From assembly GCA_900617105.1 (NCBI GenBank), contig UYFQ01000427.1, positions 1 to 57,300 on the forward strand: a DNA stretch of 57,300 nt. The letters run 5' to 3'. Each line of letters starts with the position of its first letter. Position 1 is the first letter of the stretch. Under the pieces are notes generated by a model, which ran no database searches, was not told the DNA's origin, and was given only the letters and a program-made list of their open reading frames with translations. Below, piece by piece: positions 35,123 to 48,224 of this stretch. Position numbers and translations under genes: made by a program. The DNA comes from Hydrurus foetidus (taxonomy: Eukaryota).

Positions 35123-37045
35123 CTCACTCATTTATCCAGCGCCCCGCGTCGTGAATTCAATCTTCATGATTACCCTCTCAGCCGCAAGCTACTCAATTCA
35201 AATCAAATCAAATCAATTTTGACCATTCCACTCCCCAGATTTTCCAGGAACTAATTTTTGACCAGAGAACGTTGGAAGCCTGACTGACTGTGTCTTCCTC
35301 GATTTTAAAGTTTTTGTTCGGCCATACCGAAGTTGTTACATTTAGCATTTAGTCCAATTGATGTGGAAATTTTGATTATCACGCGAATATTTTTGAGTTT
35401 TTGACACTTGCACAACCTGCCCATCGGAAAGGTAAAAGGCATTGCATGCACTTGGGAAACTGTCAGCAGGAGAATTGCATTTTTGACAGGTACAGTATTG
35501 TACATTCCATCTTCGGAAGTTGCAGGAAAGAAAGAAGAAAGGGAGGGAGGGAGGGAGGGAGGAAGCGCCTTGACCGACCTCTCCTCTCCTCTCCCTCTAA
35601 TAATACGACCCTTTTTCTATCCATCCAACTTTATGCCCACCTTACCTCACCTACTCTCACCTTTACACCACATGATGTGCCACAATGGCCGAACAGAACA
35701 GGGGAGATCAGAACAGACCACCACTCCAACTCGCACTCACACCCTCATTCACCAGTAGAGTAGCATCACCAGTGAACTTTCCCTTTTGCGTCGATGTGAA
35801 GACGACTAATTGAACTAAAGAAAAGCATTTGTTATCGCGCCCAATCTTACAATTCGAATTCATGTTATCTTATCCCAGTCGAATAAGTGTCAGTGGCCTC
35901 CCCTGGTACTGTTGGTTCGTACTGGTGAAGATTAAAAGAGCCCTATTCAGTGCGCCATTTGCTCTCCTAAAGACGAGTGATGGGTGATCTCTTCTCTCAT
36001 CATCAAAAGTGCTGCTCTAGGCTCTCTCCGGTACTTGGTAGTCGCTTCCAGTTTAGTGGTGACATGATTAGTTCTACATTCCCTTTCCCGATTTTTAATC
36101 GGGTGTACCGCATAGTCACGCCACAAGCCACGACAGTGTTGTGCATCAAAAATGTGGGACAATAGTAAATTAATTTCTCTAGATTAGACGACAGTTGTGC
36201 GAGTATGAGAGGGCTGATAAGTGACTAAAAAACTAAAGATAAGTATGATAAATGATGATAGGAGTGAGGGCATAACTTCTATGAAAAACCTTACTTCCTT
36301 CCTTTACACATATCGCATCAAATTTGATGGTTTGATATTTTTCTCAACAGAAATACATCATGACAGAAACGTACTTTCCATCGATGGAACTATTGTCCAT
36401 GTAATCAGTATGAACCGAATCTGAAGGGATCATGGAAATTGAATCCACTTGATGAGTAAAAAGATCTTACAAATTATTTGTAAAAAAGTTTTTTCTTTGA
36501 GTAATACCTTGTATTTGACTATGCCTCCGTTATGATAATACTAGAATAATTAGGAACGGAGAGAATGGCTCCCAGAGTCAGTAAGATTTTCAGGATTATT
36601 GATATTCCAACGTGTTCTTTTCAGATGATATTCAATTGTTTACAACTGTCCAAAACAAAGAGTTTTAGAATTCAGCCACAGACTCTCATTTTTTCTGTCA
36701 ACGGTAGGATAAACTGAAAGGAGCAGAACGTCTGGAAAAGTGACATCATTCATTGAGGCAAAAAAGCGACTTAGTCATCGATTCGGCTACGCACTGTACG
36801 GCGTACACCGTTCCGTACAAAATGCCGAAAAAAGTGATAAAAATCCGTATTCGGTATCTGCACATTTTAAACCTACCCGCGCGAACAATAACGTGTGTGT
36901 GTGACAACGCCCAACGTTGGTGTGACGAACTTCGCTATAGAGCTCTTTGCCAGTCACACGACAGCCTTTGCCATACGCCATATGCCATATGCATATGCCA
37001 TACCGTCGACAAATTATGCACATTTGAAATAGAAAAAAGCTTAAA

Positions 37046-38090
37046 ATGGAATTATCGAATCAGTCCCTAGTCCTCATGAGGAATGGACAAAAACTGAATG
37101 TGTTGCAGCTACGATGCGAAGCAGAGAAAGATTCATTCTGCGACACAACATTATTCTTCATTCATGGCAGCATGGGATGTCTCACTCAATTTTCTCATCA
37201 GTTCGAATTGTATAAGGGACGCGCAAACATTGTGGCTTACGATACTATTGGATGCGGTAGCAGCGAGAAGCCAACATCACATGGTGAATATTCCACGGAT
37301 TCTTTTACTGCCCACACAATCGAAATATTCGAGAAGTACTCCACTAGTAGAAACATACTAGTCGGCCACAGCTACGGTACATCTCAGATTGCTCGTCTTT
37401 GTGAGCACCTCCAGAAGAAAAATGATATCGAACCGATCAGCACAATTACCGGAGTTGTTCTAATTGGAACAATGGACACACTACCACCCGGCGGAACAGC
37501 TGCATTCAGGATTTTTACCTTTCCCTTGTGTCTGCTAAATCCAATGCAGGGCTGGATGACCAAAACATATATGAATATGGCATACTCATCATCCTTTGAC
37601 CCATCCATGAAAGAACGCGCCATAACTTTGGCAGGTAAACAAATTTGCAAAACTCATGCGAAGATGTTTCAGGAACTTCGCGCAGAACAATTTTAATAGT
37701 CGGAATTCGTCAAAATCTGCAGGCAAAAACAAAATGTACGTTTGCAAAGCATTTTATCAGCAGTTTCAGTGGGCCTCGCGTGCTCATTGGGAGGCTTTAT
37801 CGAGCTATCCCGTACTAGTTTGTCAGGGAGATGATGACAAAATCACCCCACTAGATGGCGCTCAGTCTCTTGTTAACCTGCTTCTGTCGCGGTCAAAAGA
37901 GAAAGATGATGCGTCACGCGACATGGGGGAGGGGGAGGGGAAGGTAGATAGTCATGTAGCCGGGAGAGGCCGCAACGTCCGGCTCGCAGTCATCACCAAC
38001 TCCGGCCACCACACCATGGAGGAGCAGCCCGTTCAGCTCGCGGAGCATATGACTGCATTCTTCAGAGAAGAATGCGGCCTTTCTTTCTAA
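37046..38090 (+). CDS. Alpha/beta hydrolase fold protein; exons 37046-37634 and 37723-38090
   Basis: FIHGS, D..GCGSS, GHSYG nucleophile elbow, QGDDD, SGHH; in-frame GT-AG intron. Confidence 0.9.
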
Positions 38091-39138
38091 CGGCGTCCAG
38101 CGATGTCGCAAGTGCTACCGTATGCCGGAGCGATTTAACCGAATCGGCTGCACTTCACTCAAACCCCACGGCAGAGTAGCCACATATGAAATCACCGGGG
38201 TTTTTATTGGTATTGCGTAATTTCTCTTCTGCATCCAAGTAGATACAGAGTTGAAATGAATCGTATTAAATTAATATTCCGTATTGAACACACTTCGTTC
38301 GGATGCTACACGGACTGGAATGGACTGAACTTCCTTTTTACAGCTGACTAGACTAGCAACATGACCTATGTTATTTTATCGTATTTTCCTCTTATCAAAT
38401 ACGAATAATAGACTATGAGGAGTGTGGGAAGGGGGGCATGCACTTCCAATTCATACTCCTCAACATTTTGATAATCTGCTTTCTACAGTAACTACTCTCC
38501 ATTCAATTCAATCGATTGGGCTATCTTTATTTCTTCTCTGGTATGGAGTAGTATGTGTGAACAGGAGGTGTTCCTTACGGCTAAACGGTTATTTCTACAA
38601 TTCAAAGTTGCATCAATGCTTCTGAGCACTCCGATTCAAGCCACCGCACCTAAAAATAAAGGGAACACATTACTGAGATAGATGGACTTCAAATTATCCT
38701 GCAACTATTCCATTCCATATCCCATAACATATTACCGTAGCAGAATAAAAAAATCTTCGAGAATGTACACAAATTCAGGGTTCCCCATCGTTCAATTCAT
38801 CAATTTTTCGTTCAGTGGCCAACTCCAAATCCTCAAAGGCGTGGCAGTCAATATGGCACTACATTTTTCGAATTCAGCGAGCTCATTCTCATTTCTGCCT
38901 TCAATGTGAGGAGCCTTGCCTTCTGGAGTCCCCAACGGTGTTCATCCCTCCCCATCCCACAACGGGTATGGTCGGAACCGTTTACCCCCACCCCCACCCC
39001 CACAATTAGAATTTCGTTTGTTCGACGTTCGACTTCGACTTCCTCCAAATAATGGTGGATGGGCTATGAACTCCCCACGACGACAACAGACGTTAATTAT
39101 CGCACTAACTCTTTCTTTGACCGAGTCAAGATACCGCC

Positions 39139-39446
39139 ATGTCTGACGTCAATACCTTACTAATTGAACCGCTCACGAAATTCGTGAAAGACTCAGCTTA
39201 TCTCGTCAAGAAATGTACGAAGCCTGACCACAAAGGTATCCAATCTATTTCAGTCAGACATTGCTTGAAATTTTGGCATTGGCCCCCTCTTCAGCTAATC
39301 TTTCATCAATTCACTTTATCATACTAAAAGAATTTGCCAAGATTGCAAGAGCGACTGGATTCGGATTTCTAATCATGGGATTTGTCGGATTTTTTGTCAA
39401 GCTCATTCACATCCCTATCAACAACATCATTGTCGGTGGAATGTAA
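39139..39446 (+). CDS. SEC61G: Protein translocon Sec61 gamma subunit; exons 39139-39235 and 39331-39446
   Basis: [37 protein letters not shown]; 70 aa. Confidence 0.96.
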
Positions 39447-40787
39447 TCAGATTATGTGCTCACTTAATCTTGATGAGGATAGCATTCTGTATCTAAGTGA
39501 ATGATGTGGTATCAAATCTCGAATCAATTTGTCGCGATTTGAGTCACTCAAAGACGCAATTGTCGTCCTCCTACCTATTTTATATTGAGGATTCACATGT
39601 TCAGCCAGAAGTTAAACGCGCGCGGACGCATTTTCCTGTACAGTAACATCATTACAATATCTCACGCGTACCCACTAATGGGATTTATCATTATGGTCAA
39701 CGATCAGTTGACGAAGGTGTCATTTGAACAAGCTGACACGTGCGATCGCAGCCAGAGTGATCTTATCCACATGAGAGATGACTAAAAGGATCACTTGGTT
39801 GACATTAGTGCCTTTAATTTCTCTGCTTTGGAGGCAACGGAAGGACTGTGGGATGCTAGATCTCATGGAATACATTTTTGGAACAGGAAGTAATAGAGAA
39901 ATAGTAGACCGGGGAATAATGCACTGCTACTTGGTATTGCATCAAAACAAATATCTTTGTCCCGCCTCAAAGTTTCTGCCACTCAGCACAACCTGACGAG
40001 GCTTCAGAAAGTGCTGACTCCTAACATCCCTTCCTCGGCAGTCACATCTGATGTGCACACTCTCATCAACCTTAACGCGGTCAAACGATGATCCAGTAGC
40101 ACGAAAGTAGCAACCGAACGTCATTCCGCCATCTATCGTTTCAGTGCCCACAGTTAAGGTACGATAAGGTTACAGAGGCGAGGAGACAGTTACCTGCATC
40201 TCGTCCGCCAGACACTTGAATCCAAAATATTGTGATCTCCCGCGTCAGAGGTATGAATAGAAAGTGTCTGGTACAGCAAGAAGCGAATCCGACAATAGAG
40301 TGAGCCGAGATCGAAACAGAGGAAGTTAGATGGAGGTGAGACCACGATTCATTTGAGCTCTGCTGGGCTTTTTCTCTTTAGTTTAGTACGAACAAATCAT
40401 TAACGTAACAACTCCTGAGAAACGCAATATTGCACTGTTAATCGATGTTTTGAGTAACGATTACTAGTACTAGTTGATTTCAAGACTCTCAAAGTCCGTC
40501 CCTATGCGATACGCAGCAAGGGGGGCGATTTATCTATATCATCTCTGGCATTTAAGCGTCCATCGTCTTCACGTAGTTGTTACGAAGAGTACATTCCTCT
40601 ACGATTAATTATGAACACATCTGGATAGATATGCTGAGTATCAGCAGTAGTATGGGATACAGCGCATTGCAATACCATCAGGAAAAGCAGATGGCAGAGA
40701 GAGCTTTAATGATCATCATAGCTATTGTCCCGAACAAGAAGGGCGTAACCTAACTAGCCATCTCGACCAGCACTCCCCGCACCGCGT

Positions 40788-42725
40788 TCACCTCCGCTTC
40801 TTCGCCCCTTTAACATCGCTTCTTTTATCGGACCGTCTGTCTTTATCTGGCCGCTTATCCTTATCTGATCGTTTATCTTTCTTAACTTTTTTATCTGAAA
40901 CCTTCTCATCAGCCTTTTCCTTTTCTTTTTCGCTTTTTTTGCGAGCCGCTATGTTTTCTTTATCTTTTCTCTCCAGCTGCTCTTTCTCAAATGCTTTGCT
41001 GGAGACTATGTCAGCTGCGGCAGAGGAAGAATCTCTCGGCCTTTTCTTAGAGGGAACATTCAAAACGCTATTACTAGATTCTTTGTTATCCTTCATCTCC
41101 TTCAGTGTCAATGGTGTAGCGGTGTTCCATGCCACTACACCGGTCAGACGCGGCTCCATTTTCACCTATAGATGCGGGGTACAAGTATTATTACACGTCA
41201 ACAGCCATGATCACTTATCGATGTGATTGTCATTCAATGAGAAGCATGGCAGTTTCTCAATGCGGTGCCGTACCTGTGTGGAGACCAATGTGCACTCTTC
41301 CAGGCTGCCTCCCCCCTCCAGGGACCGACAGCTGATGATGCTGATGCGCCCTAGGGACGTGGCGATCACCAGACAGTCCCCCTCCTCCTGGAGCACGCTC
41401 AATATACTGCTGCCTCCGACACCATCGCCTCCCACTATGTCTGCTCATAGACGTTCATAATGTTACACAATTGACATTGAAATAAAGAAGACGTGTTCAA
41501 CAACGTATCGTCACCTTTTCCTGTCATGGATAATTTGCAGCTCCACATATCTCTCGGTCGCCCGTCCAGTCCAGCCACATCCATGCGAGCCGTCTGTTCA
41601 ACAGAAGCCTTGAGATTGAGGTAGGAGATAAAGGGCAATGGTAAGGACAGTTCCATTCATACCTGGGTACCGTCGAATTTGTAGAGAAGAAGAATTCTGT
41701 TTTCGCAGACACAAGCTACCCGTAGGACAGAAGCTGCATCCTCCGAAGCCGCGCTAGTGCTGCTTGTTTCAAGCCCACAATTTACGAAAACAGCTTTATT
41801 GACTCTAGTCGGATGCTTTATTGTCGCCGTGCAAACATTATCGGAAGCACGGTAAATCTAAATAGATGCGATGAAAAAAATTAGAAAAAGATGACTTAGG
41901 GGAGATAGACCAAATATTTATTAATTCTAATTCGCAACCTGCACTTCCATTTGCACTGTGAGTAGGTAGTACTCCCCTGAGGGATTCCACAGAACCTTCT
42001 CGGCTGCTCCTCTGAGTCGACGGGTGAATGAGCAGCGACCTGAATGACGAGGGGAATTAGAAGCGATCTCGTTGTGTCAATATGCAGGACTGTGAAATAC
42101 CTTGCACAAGATTCCACAGCTTCAAGGTGTTGTCCTTGCTGACTGATAAAGCTAGTTTTCCTGAGGGGTGAATGGCCACTGAAGTAATAGCCTCTTTGTG
42201 CCCACTTAACACATGCACACATTCCCAATCGTGGCAGCGCCAGATTCGCAGTGTCGTATCCTGTAAATGTTGTGTCAATGATTGTGAGAGTTGATCTCGT
42301 CTCAATCAATTTGTTTACTGAGCTGATACCTCGGAGCCACTTATCATATACGAGTCATCGAAGAAATCGAGTGCGGTTATCGCTCCTTCGTGAAGACCCA
42401 GCTCGCCCATGCTTTTATTCTCTGCCACATTGAAGATGTGGATCCTCTCATCACTGCCACCACATGAAAGATATTGCCCACCAGATGAAACCGCAAGAGT
42501 CTTTAGAGCTCCTTGACTGCAGCTAAACCCGAACGACATAGGTAGTTCAAGGCCCTCACCACCTTTGTCTTCTTCAACATTCCAGCCAAATATTGATCTA
42601 TCGGTGTCATTTTCAGAAAGGAATTGGTGGAATCAGCTGACACTTTTCCTAAAACAGGTACGCACTAAAGAGATGATAAGAAAATTTCTTTCGTACCCTT
42701 CATATGAGCACGATGCAACTCTCAT
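40788..42725 (-). CDS. PAK1IP1: WD40 60S biogenesis factor Mak11/PAK1IP1-like, ~7 exons
   Basis: MRVASCSYEG|SIFGW; SGGQYLSCGGSDERIHIFN; GHKEAITSVAIHPSGKLALSVSKDNTLKLWNLVQGR; Lys-rich tail; GT-AG introns. Confidence 0.85.
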
Positions 42726-42851
42726 CCTTGGACAAGACCTTCGGAACACTTTTGAACGAGAGCCCGTCACCTGAACCGTCTCTGCATGGATGTCGTGGTT
42801 GGAACGATGAGCATGTGTTTGGTTGGATGGAAAGGCGAAGTGTCTGAAGTG

Positions 42852-43179
42852 TGTTGACGGATCTTCGGTTCAGCCGACACGTACGTGGGTGAGTGTACAG
42901 CGGTTGAAGAACGCTCGGTCAAGGCTCGTGAAATAAGCTTTGGGTTGTCAGTAATCACTTGTTAATTGACTGTGCTTCATCCCTGCTGAAGTCCCCGAGT
43001 CCCTTTCAACGCAACAACAAAAGACATCCTACACTACTTCTTGAAGTACCGAGCCGAAGCACGGGTCCACACATCGTCGTCACGCATGCACGCACACACA
43101 CACACACTAATCCGTACGTCCGTACGAATGCATAAGTACACAGATTGTGTTCGTGTCATAAACTAAGATATCTCCAACA
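42852..43179 (-). repeat. 3' LTR (328 bp) of the intact Copia
   Basis: TGTTG...CAACA; apparently identical to the rejoined 5' LTR. Confidence 0.95.
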
Positions 43180-43245
43180 CACCCCTATGCCACATCACAA
43201 TCATCACTGTTCACGCATCACGCATAATTCTTCACAAGATAATGT

Positions 43246-46200
43246 CTAAACTACTGCCTCATCGTCCCAGCCCGTGAGCCCCTGTCTCTCGCACTTGAAT
43301 TGTGTCCCCTGCAGCGGCTTCGTCAGAAGATTCGCGTACATTCCCTTGGTCCCGAGGTGCCTCACTCTTGCTTCCCCTTGATCCACTCTCTCCTTAAGCC
43401 AGAAGTACTTGATGGCTATGTGCCGGGTGCGCTCCGCCGCCGACCGTCCTCTTTCGATGAGCGACATGCATGACATGTTATCTTGGTAAACGGTGACCGG
43501 ACCGCACGCGTGTCCTTGCCCTATGATAAAATGTCTGACGTGTAATGCTTGGTTAGTGGAGTCAGATAGTGCCACCAGCTCCGCCTCCGTGCTCGACTTG
43601 GTCACGATCTGCTGCTTGGCTGACTTGCTATGCACCGCACCACGCTCTCCGATTACCACACAGCTCCCGGTGTGCGACTTCCCGTCTGCATGCACCCCAT
43701 ACGCTGCATCGATAAGTACACTCACTACGATCCCCTTACTCCCAGCTGCGAACACTAGCCCCCTGTCCCTCGTCGCGCTCACATACTTGAGCAGTCTGTC
43801 CAGCTTCACGAGGTCGTCTGATGTGCACCGAGTTACCCGAGTCGCCAAATATGCCACCGCCGTCAGACAGTCCGGTCTTGCACGCTTCGCGAGGTACAGC
43901 ATCTTCGCCACTAGGCGATGGAACTTGATACGCTGCTCCTCGGTGGCCATCTCTGCGTCCTCTCTCACTTCGAACAGTCCCTCTGTCGCCGGCGTCCTCG
44001 CACCCCCCTTCGCCTCGCTTTCCTTGAGCATGTCCTCCACGTAGCCGGTCATCGACACGCGTGCAACACCTGTGGTGGTAAGGTCGAACACCATGCCTAG
44101 GTAGTTTACTACAGGTCCATCCTTCCTAGTGATATCGCCGTACCTTCTTTTCAGCCCACTAGCCACTGACTCAATCATCGCACCATTCTTGCTAGTCACC
44201 AGTAGGTCATCCACATGTACGGCGATGGTGCACTGCACCCCGTATTCGTCATGTTTGTTAAACACGCATATGTCGTGCGCATTCGGCACATACCCTAGTT
44301 CCGATAGGCTTACCCTCAGATTCTCGTACCATAGCGCCGCCGACTCCACACACCCGTACAGCGCTTTATCTAGTCGCACCACCACGCATCCTTTGTGGTC
44401 TGTGAACCGCGAGTATCCCGGTGACAGTCTGATCATGATGTTCGACATGTTTCTGTCCAACCTCATATGTACAGGTAGTCCTGTTGTCATATCTGCGTTC
44501 AGGAAAGCACCGCTGATATCAATCACAGTGATGCTTCTCGTCTCGTGTGCTGCTATGCTTAGCAGAGTGAACACTGAACACGTCGCAACAGTAGGCGCGG
44601 ATAGGTCATCATACAGGTCACGATCCTGCTGATCGCCTCCCGCGACGAGGCGTGCCTTCAGCTTCTCGAACTCACCACTCGCGAGGAACTTCTCCTTAAG
44701 GAACATACTCGACCTGATGATACGCCGCTTCTCGTCCGACGATAGCTCTTTCACGTCGACCGGTTCCCACACCTTTTTGTCAACCATTTGTCGTAACTCT
44801 TTCTCTATCACACTCACTGCAGCATCACCCCTTGTGCGCAGCGCTTCGTTCACCGAGATATTGAGCACGTAGTCGCCCCAGTCCGTACCGTCTCCGTCGT
44901 AGTTGCGCGTCAGCAGCGCTGTCCCTTTTCCGTTCCTGAAGAAATCTATCACTGCATGCTTATTCAGTCCGTACCGCTGAGGACTCGCATACGCCGGTTG
45001 TGACTCATTCGCACCACTCAGTGCATCCCTCGAATCAGTGTGGTCGTCCCACTCGCCGCTTGCCGCTGCATAGTCTACCGGTACTCCTCTCTCATCGACA
45101 ATTCCAGATTCATTTGTGTGGTCGTCATGCGGTCCCGCTCGCATGCCGTTCATGCTGGCTATCAGGTCGTCCATTGCGTGGTCGGACTCAGTATCGTGTG
45201 CATGATGTGTTGGTTCACTATGATGCTCGCTTACGTCTAGCTGATTCGGCTCGTACAGTGTCTCACCGCTATCGTACTGCTGATCCCGGTAGTCACCCCC
45301 GTTTTCAACCGGTTCACCCCCACTGTCCGGTCTCTCGTCTATCGCTTCCCCATGCTCATCTCCGTCTAGCGGTAATATGGATGGGTCTACACCGTCGTTC
45401 ACCGTAGGCTCGATCGTGTCTGGTAGATTCCCCCTAGAGTCTCCGTCCTGTTTGTACGACAACGGTCGCTCGTACAGCTCACCTTTACCTTTCACACGCC
45501 CGTCTGCTAGCGCAAGTTCGTTAAGCCTCTTGATTACCGATTCTGGCATCGGTAATATTCTAAATTGGTCTCTATTCACCAGTCGTCCAGTACTCAGAGA
45601 GAGCATTCTCACGGACCCTGTACGGTTGCCAAGCGGGAGCATCACCACGCAGTCTTCTGTGCGACTCCCTAGTCCTGCATCTGTGTTTGGTACGGTACAC
45701 TGCGCGTAGTCGCCAAACGAACAACGAAAATCTCGCTTACCATCTGGCTTCCTTCCTATAAACGCCTCGCGGGGACTTGGGCCGTATCCCCGTAAACCGG
45801 CCGGTTCGTAGTTCAGCCTAGATATACAGTACAGTACACACATGGCTATACCCACGGTCGACAGGGTGAACGGCAGGTGGTACGCTACGTGAGCCCGTAC
45901 CCTTTCTTTAATAACTCTTATTCTTCTCTCGATTCTAGCCACGTGACCCCCAGCTCCGCTCACGTCGACTTCAACTCCGAGTTTTCCCAACTCGTCGACA
46001 AGGCTGGTGACCGCCCCCTCTCCGTCGCTCATGATGATGGACGTCCGAAAGTTTTGAGACGCGAGGACACCGAGGAAATGGTTGATGCCGATCTTGACTT
46101 GCCCTGCTGTCCTCGCCGGCTTCTTTAGATCAGCTGTGTTAAGACTGTATGCGATAGTTAGTCCTAACGGAGTAGCCACCCCAACTAGAATAGCTAATTT

Positions 46201-48111
46201 CTCTATAAACATAATGTCAATCGATAACACCTGATCCCGTTGTAAGATTTTTGTGCTCACGGTTATATCGGCGACGGCTGTAGCTCTCTTCGTTGTTTTA
46301 CCCTTCAGCGATGCGATGTCCTTCCCCCATATCGCGTCTGCGATCTGGAAGTCTCTTGCTGTCACGTCAAAATTGCTCCCGCTATTGACGATTGACATCG
46401 CCTGTTCTACCGTCGGGAATCCCATTCTGGCCAGTAGCTCGCGGGCACGCCTGCCCTGCTCTATTTCGCGTTTCGTAAATGCCTTTAAATTCTCGACTAC
46501 TGTCGTGACAAGTGCGCTCCCGCACTCCATCTCTCTCCAATCACAGGAATAGAATCTTCCCTCGCTCCCAACGACACGCTTTCTTCCGAAGCGATAGATC
46601 CTCGTGCTTCCCTTCGGCTGGAGAGTGAAGCAGTCGCTCAGGTGGTCGTACCGAATCGACGCCCCTGAGTCGACTTGGGAAGCAAATGACAGAATATTTG
46701 CTGAGGCTGAACCGCTGTAGTACACCGTCCCAAATTCGCCGAACTCTCCTTCCCGATCGACTGACACTCCCGCTCCCTGTTGAATTCCGCTCACTTTTAT
46801 TGTTCTCTCGGACTTTCTAATGTCGGTAAGCAAATCAGGATTGCTGAATATATTTAGTGACGCCTCGTTGTCTAGTAGCACGTCAAATCGCGAGAAGCAG
46901 CACACTTCGTCTGCAGCCACAAGTGCTACTCCCCACTCGCTCGATTCACCTTCGTACTCCTCGTCCGACTCCCCCGTCGTGACGTGGACTTTTTCCGATG
47001 ACGATTTCTTTTGTGGGCAGTCCCTTGCGTAGTGCCCTTTAGTTTCACACTTGTAACACTCCACATCCGCTATTGATTTCTTACTGCCCCCTCCGGCTTT
47101 CCCCGCTTTCTTCTCGGCCGGGTCCTTGGTCATAGTGACATGTGCACCTTCGGCAACGTACGCCGCGTTCGCACCCGCAGGTGTCGGAGTGGGTGTATGG
47201 ACGGGCACTCGGTCATTCCACTCTGACAAGATGTGGAATGCTAGGGCGAGCGTGGTGGGGAACGCACCCGGTTTGCGCCGTAGCGCGTCGTGCTTCATAT
47301 CGTCCAACATGACCTTGTACCGACGGGTGTCGAGTTTCCCTAGGAAGTCCAATGCTCGCTTTGACTCCGACACTGCGGCGATCCCCACGGCTGCGTTCGC
47401 TGTTACCTGTTCATCAAATCTGTTCTTGAAGGTGACGATATGTTCCCTCTCACCTTGCCTCATTGACCCGTACTTACTCTCCTGTTCGTGTTGGTTGTAC
47501 TCTTGCAGTGACTCGTCTCCACCGTACATGTGTGTGAGGTGGGTTCTTCTGATGAGTGTCCACAGCAGAACACAATCCAGGGTGTCATACGCGGTCTTGA
47601 ACTCTTCCTCCTCCCTCACCCTACTCTGCGATAGTAGCGACATACGCTTCCACATCATGGGGTACATTGTACGTTCGTTCTCACGTTGCGTTTTGACATC
47701 TCTCTTCCTCTGAATATAATCATCCTCCTTAAACTTCGCTCTCGAACGTTCCGACGCTTTTCGTCTTCTCTCGTTTCTCGCCAGTCTGGCGGCGACACGA
47801 GCAGGTTTCGCAGCAGCGTACGCTACGGCCTCTGGGTCAGGTGCTGGCTGTGGTTGATCGTCGCCCCCGTCGTCGTCGTCCTCATCCGAGCTGGAGCTCT
47901 CCGACGACGAATCCGCAGGGTAATCCCTGTATGAAATTCTCGGGAGCTCATATCTCACGTTGGTGGAGAAGAACATGCCCACTATCCCGTATAGCTCGGT
48001 TACTACCGTCTGCATGTGTTCTCTCCATCTTATGATGTTGTTGTGTTTGCCGTATTGAAGCGTACACTCCTCTGTACTTTTGAAAGCTTCTGCGGCGCGT
48101 TTGGGAGGCAT
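43246..48111 (-). CDS. Copia gag-pol polyprotein (gag, PR, IN, RT, RH), uninterrupted
   Basis: CYKCETKGHYARDC, LLDNEAS, IDIMF/MSDGE/IERR, KARLVAGG, HVDD, KSSTEAE, ANLLTKPL. First ATG at 48111. Confidence 0.95.
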   Translation of the reverse strand: MPPKRAAEAFKSTEECTLQYGKHNNIIRWREHMQTVVTELYGIVGMFFSTNVRYELPRISYRDYPADSSSESSSSDEDDDDGGDDQPQPAPDPEAVAYAAAKPARVAARLARNERRRKASERSRAKFKEDDYIQRKRDVKTQRENERTMYPMMWKRMSLLSQSRVREEEEFKTAYDTLDCVLLWTLIRRTHLTHMYGGDESLQEYNQHEQESKYGSMRQGEREHIVTFKNRFDEQVTANAAVGIAAVSESKRALDFLGKLDTRRYKVMLDDMKHDALRRKPGAFPTTLALAFHILSEWNDRVPVHTPTPTPAGANAAYVAEGAHVTMTKDPAEKKAGKAGGGSKKSIADVECYKCETKGHYARDCPQKKSSSEKVHVTTGESDEEYEGESSEWGVALVAADEVCCFSRFDVLLDNEASLNIFSNPDLLTDIRKSERTIKVSGIQQGAGVSVDREGEFGEFGTVYYSGSASANILSFASQVDSGASIRYDHLSDCFTLQPKGSTRIYRFGRKRVVGSEGRFYSCDWREMECGSALVTTVVENLKAFTKREIEQGRRARELLARMGFPTVEQAMSIVNSGSNFDVTARDFQIADAIWGKDIASLKGKTTKRATAVADITVSTKILQRDQVLSIDIMFIEKLAILVGVATPLGLTIAYSLNTADLKKPARTAGQVKIGINHFLGVLASQNFRTSIIMSDGEGAVTSLVDELGKLGVEVDVSGAGGHVARIERRIRVIKERVRAHVAYHLPFTLSTVGIAMCVLYCISRLNYEPAGLRGYGPSPREAFIGRKPDGKRDFRCSFGDYAQCTVPNTDAGLGSRTEDCVVMLPLGNRTGSVRMLSLSTGRLVNRDQFRILPMPESVIKRLNELALADGRVKGKGELYERPLSYKQDGDSRGNLPDTIEPTVNDGVDPSILPLDGDEHGEAIDERPDSGGEPVENGGDYRDQQYDSGETLYEPNQLDVSEHHSEPTHHAHDTESDHAMDDLIASMNGMRAGPHDDHTNESGIVDERGVPVDYAAASGEWDDHTDSRDALSGANESQPAYASPQRYGLNKHAVIDFFRNGKGTALLTRNYDGDGTDWGDYVLNISVNEALRTRGDAAVSVIEKELRQMVDKKVWEPVDVKELSSDEKRRIIRSSMFLKEKFLASGEFEKLKARLVAGGDQQDRDLYDDLSAPTVATCSVFTLLSIAAHETRSITVIDISGAFLNADMTTGLPVHMRLDRNMSNIMIRLSPGYSRFTDHKGCVVVRLDKALYGCVESAALWYENLRVSLSELGYVPNAHDICVFNKHDEYGVQCTIAVHVDDLLVTSKNGAMIESVASGLKRRYGDITRKDGPVVNYLGMVFDLTTTGVARVSMTGYVEDMLKESEAKGGARTPATEGLFEVREDAEMATEEQRIKFHRLVAKMLYLAKRARPDCLTAVAYLATRVTRCTSDDLVKLDRLLKYVSATRDRGLVFAAGSKGIVVSVLIDAAYGVHADGKSHTGSCVVIGERGAVHSKSAKQQIVTKSSTEAELVALSDSTNQALHVRHFIIGQGHACGPVTVYQDNMSCMSLIERGRSAAERTRHIAIKYFWLKERVDQGEARVRHLGTKGMYANLLTKPLQGTQFKCERQGLTGWDDEAVV

Positions 48112-48224
48112 TGGAATGCCTGCTCCAGTCAATTATGTTGACGGATCTTCGGTTCAGCCGACACGTACGTGGGTGAGTGTACAGCGGTTGAAGAACGCTC
48201 GGTCAAGGCTCGTGAAATAAGCTT

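Noticed and set aside
35300..36900. Small intergenic ORFs and purine/pyrimidine tracts
   Set aside because: No coding signature or RNA-gene structure recognisable.
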